DNA of 64,000 nucleotides from contig CAYMGP010000006.1 of NCBI GenBank assembly GCA_964390045.1, forward strand, positions 15,003-79,002. Reading direction: 5' to 3'. Position numbers and translations under genes: made by a program. Source of the DNA: an uncultured Spirochaetaceae bacterium (GTDB lineage: Bacteria > Spirochaetota > Spirochaetia > SZUA-6 > DRHE01). Positions 57,237 to 64,000 of this stretch are shown here, piece after piece. The notes beneath the pieces were generated by a model. It did no database searches, was not told the origin of the DNA, and saw only the letters and a program-made list of their open reading frames with translations. Positions within the stretch are counted from its first letter, which is position 1, and each line of letters starts with the position of its first letter.

Positions 57237-57531
57237 GGTTAATAACAATAGCTGATTATAGATTTTAACAGATTGAAATATACATTGCAAGGGATAAAGG
57301 GGCATAATCTTTACTTTTAGCATGAATTTCCAGTATAATTATGGGAGTTGTTGTGACGGAAAGAAATAAGAAAGCAGATTTTAAATGATCGTGTTACAGA
57401 CACAAGCAGAGATAGATTGAGGACAACAAGAGAGAATATGGACTGCGTGAATAGAAAAAGGTTCTTGTTGTTATGGTTGCGAGCTAAAGAGAGCTAAAAG
57501 TAGCAGGTCAATTTTTTTCAGGAACAAGTAA

Positions 57532-59439
<1,908 letters not shown>

Positions 59440-59542
59440 GAGTGGACAAACGCGCAGAGCAGCGCGCAGCAAGAGTAGCAAAGCATCCAAACGCAGCGAA
59501 AGCGATGAATCATAAATCCGGGTTGTTTAGAGGAGAAGTATT

Positions 59543-61978
59543 GTGAGCAAGAGCATTGGCCAGGTAATTCCCGTGGCTATTGAGGACGAAGTAAGGGAGT
59601 CATATCTCAATTACGCCATGTCGGTCATTGTAAGCAGGGCCCTGCCTGATGTACGGGACGGGCTGAAACCCGTGCATCGACGTATTTTGTATGCCATGGA
59701 AGAAATGGGCCTGCGTCATGACCGGCCCTACAAGAAAGCGGGAAGAATCGTGGGAGATGTTCTCGGCAAGTATCATCCCCATGGGGATCAGTCGATCTAC
59801 GATGCCCTGGTACGCCTGGCACAGGATTTCTCCATGCGCTATCCCGTTGTAGACGGACAGGGCAATTTTGGTTCAGTCGATGGTGATCCGGCGGCCGCGA
59901 TGCGTTACACAGAGGCCCGCATGGCCGCCCCGGCAGAGTTAATGCTCCGGGATATCAACAAGGATACTGTAGATTTCGGTCCGAATTACGACGATTCGAT
60001 TCAGGAGCCCCTTCTGCTTCCCGGGGCCCTTCCTTTCCTGCTGGTAAACGGGGCCAGCGGAATCGCCGTTGGCATGGCCACAAATATGCCGCCATACAAT
60101 CTTGTGGAAATTGCCAATGCCATCGTTGCTATAATCGACAAACCAAAACTGTCCTTCAACGAGCTTTCCAAGATTGTAAAGGGACCGGATTTCCCGACCG
60201 GTGGAATGATTTTCGGGATGCAGGGAATTCTCGACGCTTTTAGAACAGGAAGAGGAAAGATCGTTGTCCGGGCAAGGATCGCTCTTGAAACGGCAAAGTC
60301 GGGAAAGGACCAGCTGATCGTAACAGAAATTCCGTATCAGGTGAACAAGGCAAACCTGATCGTTCGTATTGCAGATCTCGTAAAAGAGCGCAGGATCGAT
60401 GGAATAAGCGATCTGCGGGACGAATCGGATAGAAACGGCATGCGCATAGTGATAGAGCTTCGCCGTGGAGCGATTCCTAAGATTGTGCTCAATCAGCTGT
60501 TTACCCACACCCAGCTGCAATTGAACTTCGGAGTCATCAGTCTGGCGCTTGTGGATGGGCGGCCCAGGGAGCTCTCCCTGCGCGAGATGATAGACTTGTT
60601 TATCGCCCACAGGAAAGATGTGATTATCCGACGAACGAAGTACGAGCTGCGAAAGGCGGAGGAGAGGGCACATATACTTGAAGGGTTGAAGATAGCCCTG
60701 GAGAACATAGACGAAATTGTAGAGATCATAAAAAAATCCCAGAACGTAGATACTGCCAGACGCAACTTGATGCACCGATTCAAGCTTTCCGAGATTCAAG
60801 CCCAGGCCATCTTGGATATGCGGCTGCAGAAGCTTACCGGCCTGGAAACAAAAAAGATCCTTCAAGAGTTGAAGGATATCCTTGAAAAGATAAAATACTA
60901 CAAGAGTCTCCTGAGCAGCGAGAGAAAAATCCTTGGAGTGGTAAAAGAGGAAACAATACAGATCGCCAAAATTTACGGTGATGAGCGGCGTACAGAAATC
61001 GTGCCGGAAGAAGTACAGGAAATTAACATAGAGGATCTTATAGCCAAACAAGACATGGTTATCCTGATCTCACACAAGGGGCTGATCAAACGGATAGCCG
61101 TTTCGGCTTATAGGAGACAGGGCCGGGGCGGTAAAGGGTCTTCCTCGACCCGCCTTACAGACACCGATTTTGTCGAACAGGTGTTTATTGCGTCCACACA
61201 CGATTACATCATGTTCATTACCAGCGAGGGCAAGGCTTACTGGTTGAAGGTCCACGAAATCCCGGAAGCCTCTCGGGCTTCGCGAGGCCACAGCATCAGG
61301 ACTCTTCTATCCATATCTAACAACGAGGAGATTACCACGGTAGTTTCGCTTTCTAAGTTCAGTGACGATCAATACTTTTTCATGACAACCCTGAAGGGTG
61401 TCGTGAAAAAAGTGAAAACTTTGGATTTCTCCCATGCCCGGACTCGCGGGATCGTGGCTATCAAACTGGACAAAGGAGATAAGTTGGTAGGCGCCATGCT
61501 GACAGGTGGAAATGATAACGTGGTGCTGGTTACAAAAAAGGGCCATGCCCTGCGTTTCACCGAAAGCACAGTACGGCCTATGGGGCGGAGCTCTCATGGT
61601 GTCATCGGCATTCGCCTGAACAAGGAAGACGAGCTGGCAGGGGTGGCTGCCGTTGAAAAGGAGACGGAGCTGTTCTTGATCACGGAGAACGGCTTCGGCA
61701 AGAGAACGAGTTTCGATAATTTCAGTCGACATGGTCGTGGTACCAAAGGTCAAATCTGCTATAAGGTGTCAACAAAGACGGGCGAGTTAGTGGGTGTGTT
61801 GACGGTCAGGAAGAGGGACGACCTGGTCTGCATCACTTCCCAGGGAAATACGATAAAGCTGCGTTTGAAGGAAATTCCTGTGATGGGAAAGGCGGCCTTT
61901 GGAGTGCACGTGGTAAATATAGAAAAACCGGATATGGTGGTTGGAGTAGCCTTGGCCGCCAAAGAGACTGCTACTTGA
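59543..61978 (+). CDS. gyrA: DNA gyrase subunit A
   Basis: The active-site region is …[22 protein letters not shown]…GKYHPHGD…. C-terminal beta-pinwheel repeats are present; 811 aa. Confidence 0.95.
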   Translation: MSKSIGQVIPVAIEDEVRESYLNYAMSVIVSRALPDVRDGLKPVHRRILYAMEEMGLRHDRPYKKAGRIVGDVLGKYHPHGDQSIYDALVRLAQDFSMRYPVVDGQGNFGSVDGDPAAAMRYTEARMAAPAELMLRDINKDTVDFGPNYDDSIQEPLLLPGALPFLLVNGASGIAVGMATNMPPYNLVEIANAIVAIIDKPKLSFNELSKIVKGPDFPTGGMIFGMQGILDAFRTGRGKIVVRARIALETAKSGKDQLIVTEIPYQVNKANLIVRIADLVKERRIDGISDLRDESDRNGMRIVIELRRGAIPKIVLNQLFTHTQLQLNFGVISLALVDGRPRELSLREMIDLFIAHRKDVIIRRTKYELRKAEERAHILEGLKIALENIDEIVEIIKKSQNVDTARRNLMHRFKLSEIQAQAILDMRLQKLTGLETKKILQELKDILEKIKYYKSLLSSERKILGVVKEETIQIAKIYGDERRTEIVPEEVQEINIEDLIAKQDMVILISHKGLIKRIAVSAYRRQGRGGKGSSSTRLTDTDFVEQVFIASTHDYIMFITSEGKAYWLKVHEIPEASRASRGHSIRTLLSISNNEEITTVVSLSKFSDDQYFFMTTLKGVVKKVKTLDFSHARTRGIVAIKLDKGDKLVGAMLTGGNDNVVLVTKKGHALRFTESTVRPMGRSSHGVIGIRLNKEDELAGVAAVEKETELFLITENGFGKRTSFDNFSRHGRGTKGQICYKVSTKTGELVGVLTVRKRDDLVCITSQGNTIKLRLKEIPVMGKAAFGVHVVNIEKPDMVVGVALAAKETAT

Positions 61979-61981
61979 AGT

Positions 61982-61997
61982 TGTTTCACGTGAAACA
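61982..61997. promoter_or_regulatory. parS centromere-like site (TGTTTCACGTGAAACA)
   Basis: Perfect 16-bp palindromic parS consensus. It lies 4 nt after the gyrA stop and about 45 nt before parA. Confidence 0.8.
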
Positions 61998-62042
61998 CGA
62001 AATAGATGCGGTTCCTGGCTGTTTAGAGTATAGTTACATATC

Positions 62043-62798
62043 ATGGGTAAGACGCTAGTTTTTGCCAATCAGAAGGGTGGGGTGGGAAAAACCACTTCGG
62101 CTGTGAATCTGGGCGCCTACCTTGCCGAAGCGGCGAGAAGAGTACTTCTAATAGACTTCGATCCCCAAGCCAACTCGTCCTCAAGCCTCGGGGCCGACGG
62201 GAGCGACGGAAGCATTTATGAGATTCTGATTGAGCAGCGCAAACCCGACAATGTGATTCGAGAAACTTCGGTATCGGGGCTATACATCATCCCCTCCAGT
62301 ATTGATCTGACCGGCGCGACAGTAGAGCTTATCGATTCGCCGGAAAGGGAATACGTATTGAAGAAGGCGATAGAAAAGATCCGGGAGTCTTTCGATTACG
62401 TATTCATTGACTGCCCTCCTTCACTGGGCCTGCTCACACTCAACGGTCTGGTAGCGGCCGATGCGGTGATAATTCCCCTGCAGTGTGAGTATTTCGCAAT
62501 GGAAGGACTCAGCAACTTGCTGAAGACGATAAAAAGGGTACAGAGTCGTCTCAATCCCGGCTTGAAAATCGGTGGTATACTATTTACCATGTATGATTCG
62601 AGGACAAAGCTGGCGCACGAGGTAGTAAAAGAGGTGACAGGATATTTTAAGGAGAAGGTATTCAGTACCATCATTCCGAGGAATGTCCGACTCGGCGAGG
62701 CTCCCTCCTTCGCTAAACCTATAAACCAGTACGATCCCGAATGTATTGGAGCGCGCAGCTACAGACGGCTGGCGCAAGAGGTTCTTGAACATGTCTAA
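62043..62798 (+). CDS. parA: Chromosome partitioning ATPase ParA/Soj
   Basis: The deviant Walker A is KGGVGKTT; ParA/MinD family. Confidence 0.9.
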   Translation: MGKTLVFANQKGGVGKTTSAVNLGAYLAEAARRVLLIDFDPQANSSSSLGADGSDGSIYEILIEQRKPDNVIRETSVSGLYIIPSSIDLTGATVELIDSPEREYVLKKAIEKIRESFDYVFIDCPPSLGLLTLNGLVAADAVIIPLQCEYFAMEGLSNLLKTIKRVQSRLNPGLKIGGILFTMYDSRTKLAHEVVKEVTGYFKEKVFSTIIPRNVRLGEAPSFAKPINQYDPECIGARSYRRLAQEVLEHV

Positions 62799-63651
62799 AC
62801 GCGCCCTCGGAAGAGGTATCGACGCCCTTCTGTCCGGTGAGCCGGAAGCCGGCGGCATATCTTCTGTCGCCAATATTCCGATCGCCTCGCTAAAGATTTC
62901 CGGAGAACAGCCCCGTAGAAACTTCTCAGAACAAACTCTTCAAGAGCTTGCCCGCTCTATAGAAAGCAAGGGAGTTCTTCAGCCCATTCTCGCCGAAGCC
63001 GCCGGGCAAAACGAGTATGTAATTGTGGCCGGAGAGCGGCGTTACCGGGCCGCGAAGATAGCCGGATTAAAAGAAATTCCTGTCTTGATTCGTAGCTTTT
63101 CGGATCTCGAGAAGACAGAAATTGCCTTGGTGGAAAACCTTCAGCGCGAAGACCTGACGCCAGTAGAAGAAGCCCAGGGTTATCAGACACTTATCGATGC
63201 CGGCAAGCTGACCCAGGAGGAGGTCGCCAGGCGAGTGGGGAAAAACCGCTCTACTGTGGCCAACAGTCTTCGCCTGCTCAAGCTGCCTGGATTTATTTTA
63301 GAAGCGTTGGATCAACTACGTCTCAGCGCCGGCCATGCACGGGCCCTGCTGTCCCTGGAAGAGCCGTCCGACCAGGAAACTTTGTTTCATCAGATTATTG
63401 ATAGGGAGCTTTCTGTACGGGAAGCGGAGAGACGGGCAGCGAAATTGAGGGAGCGAAAAACAAAAGATCGTTCTTCTCCGCCGTCGGTAACGAAGTCCCC
63501 GGAGCTTAGCTCGATCGAGCAGCGCCTTATCGAACGTCTCGGCACTAAAGTGAATATTCGGGGAAGCGAAGCAAAGGGAAAAGTAGAGATTTCGTACTTT
63601 TCGTTGGATGATCTCGATAGAATCTATTCCATCATAGTCGGCGGCGAGTAG
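62791..63651 (+). CDS. parB: Chromosome partitioning protein ParB/Spo0J
   Basis: The ParB N-terminal domain (GERRYRAA), the HTH (…QEEVARRVGKNRSTVANSLRLLKLP…) and a C-terminal dimerisation region are present. The start was taken at MSKRALGRG, overlapping the parA stop by 8 nt. Confidence 0.85.
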   Translation: MSKRALGRGIDALLSGEPEAGGISSVANIPIASLKISGEQPRRNFSEQTLQELARSIESKGVLQPILAEAAGQNEYVIVAGERRYRAAKIAGLKEIPVLIRSFSDLEKTEIALVENLQREDLTPVEEAQGYQTLIDAGKLTQEEVARRVGKNRSTVANSLRLLKLPGFILEALDQLRLSAGHARALLSLEEPSDQETLFHQIIDRELSVREAERRAAKLRERKTKDRSSPPSVTKSPELSSIEQRLIERLGTKVNIRGSEAKGKVEISYFSLDDLDRIYSIIVGGE

Positions 63652-63828
63652 CACAGCAACACTTTCCTGCCACGCAAGAAGAGGAAGGATGTGTCTGATG
63701 GACGCGAACTTCCTTTACGCCTGATTCGTCCGGTGATCGGCTCGGGCGCTGCATTTGTTGACAAATACAAAAGCTGTGAGTATAGTCTAAAAAGCCTGAT
63801 TGGTGCTTCGATCGACAGGTGTGCGAGG

Positions 63829-63914
63829 GGAGAGGTGTCCGAGTGGTCGAAGGAGGCGGTCTTGAAAACCGTTGAGCCTCTAAGGCTCCGGGGGTTCGAA
63901 TCCCTCCCTCTCCG
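63829..63914 (+). tRNA. tRNA-Ser (anticodon TGA)
   Basis: GGAGAGGTGTCCGAGTGGTCGAAGGAG…CTTGAAAAC…GGTTCGAATCCC…CCTCTCCG. The 7-bp acceptor stem, the long variable arm typical of Ser, and the T-loop GGTTCGAATCC are all present. No CCA is encoded. Confidence 0.85.
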
Positions 63915-64000
63915 CGATCGGAGGCCGGGCCGAAATGTTTCAGGGGACGGTTTCCGGCCGCATCCGAATGACCTGAGCCGCGGGCTCATTGGACGTTGGA

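Larger units (their letters stand above)
56997..57531. other. oriC (chromosomal replication origin): AT-rich spacer between divergent dnaA and gyrB
   Basis: 535 bp of about 30% GC in a genome of about 58% GC. Two perfect DnaA boxes TTATCCACA lie near 57030–57038 and 57228–57236. One near-consensus box in reverse orientation (TATGGATAA) lies near 57163–57171. A roughly 90-bp stretch of almost pure A/T (57090–57180) fits a DNA-unwinding element. Confidence 0.75.

Noticed and set aside
59939-61051. 370-aa minus-strand ORF
   Set aside because: Lies entirely inside gyrA on the opposite strand.
63624-63989. 121-aa minus-strand ORF at the window end
   Set aside because: Overlaps the tRNA-Ser gene and the parB 3' end, so it is likely spurious.

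Overview
This GC-rich (~58% GC) bacterial window contains the chromosomal replication origin. The gene order on the minus strand is jag–yidC–yidD–rnpA–rpmH–DUF721(DciA-like)–recF–dnaN–dnaA. That block is followed by an AT-rich oriC (~535 bp) with two perfect TTATCCACA DnaA boxes, then on the plus strand gyrB–gyrA–parS–parA–parB–tRNA-Ser. This divergent dnaA|gyrB layout matches the origin architecture known from spirochetes such as Borrelia (comparison from memory). The left ~49 kb carries housekeeping and accessory genes. These include a PflX-like radical SAM enzyme with a twin-arginine-type leader, next to a membrane-embedded spermidine-synthase-like protein, and a GH15 glucoamylase-family enzyme. 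Lipid head-group genes are present (a CDP-alcohol phosphatidyltransferase plus a GT28 glycolipid synthase). A c-di-GMP module consists of two tandem cNMP-binding GGDEF proteins (one with a degenerate active site) and a GAF–HD-GYP phosphodiesterase. There is a CreD / CreBC-like envelope module and a SWIM–SNF2 helicase. A cobalamin riboswitch sits in front of a BtuF/BtuC/BtuD-type ABC importer whose ATPase carries an unexplained ~250-aa C-terminal domain. Upstream of that on the same strand are a cytoplasmic molybdopterin oxidoreductase and a hypothetical–nucleotidyltransferase–PAP2 cluster. A LivKHMGF branched-chain amino-acid ABC operon with an internal attenuator-like terminator is also present. 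Other genes include Fpg, DeoD, a family III CoA-transferase, M48 and M14 peptidases (the M14 gene appears frameshifted at a C5 run), a Gfo/Idh/MocA oxidoreductase and a gene remnant of a sugar-phosphate isomerase. No CRISPR array, rRNA, IS element or integrase was seen. Many long ORFs in the supplied track are antisense shadow ORFs typical of GC-rich DNA and were rejected. All coordinates derived by hand counting may be off by 1–2 nt.
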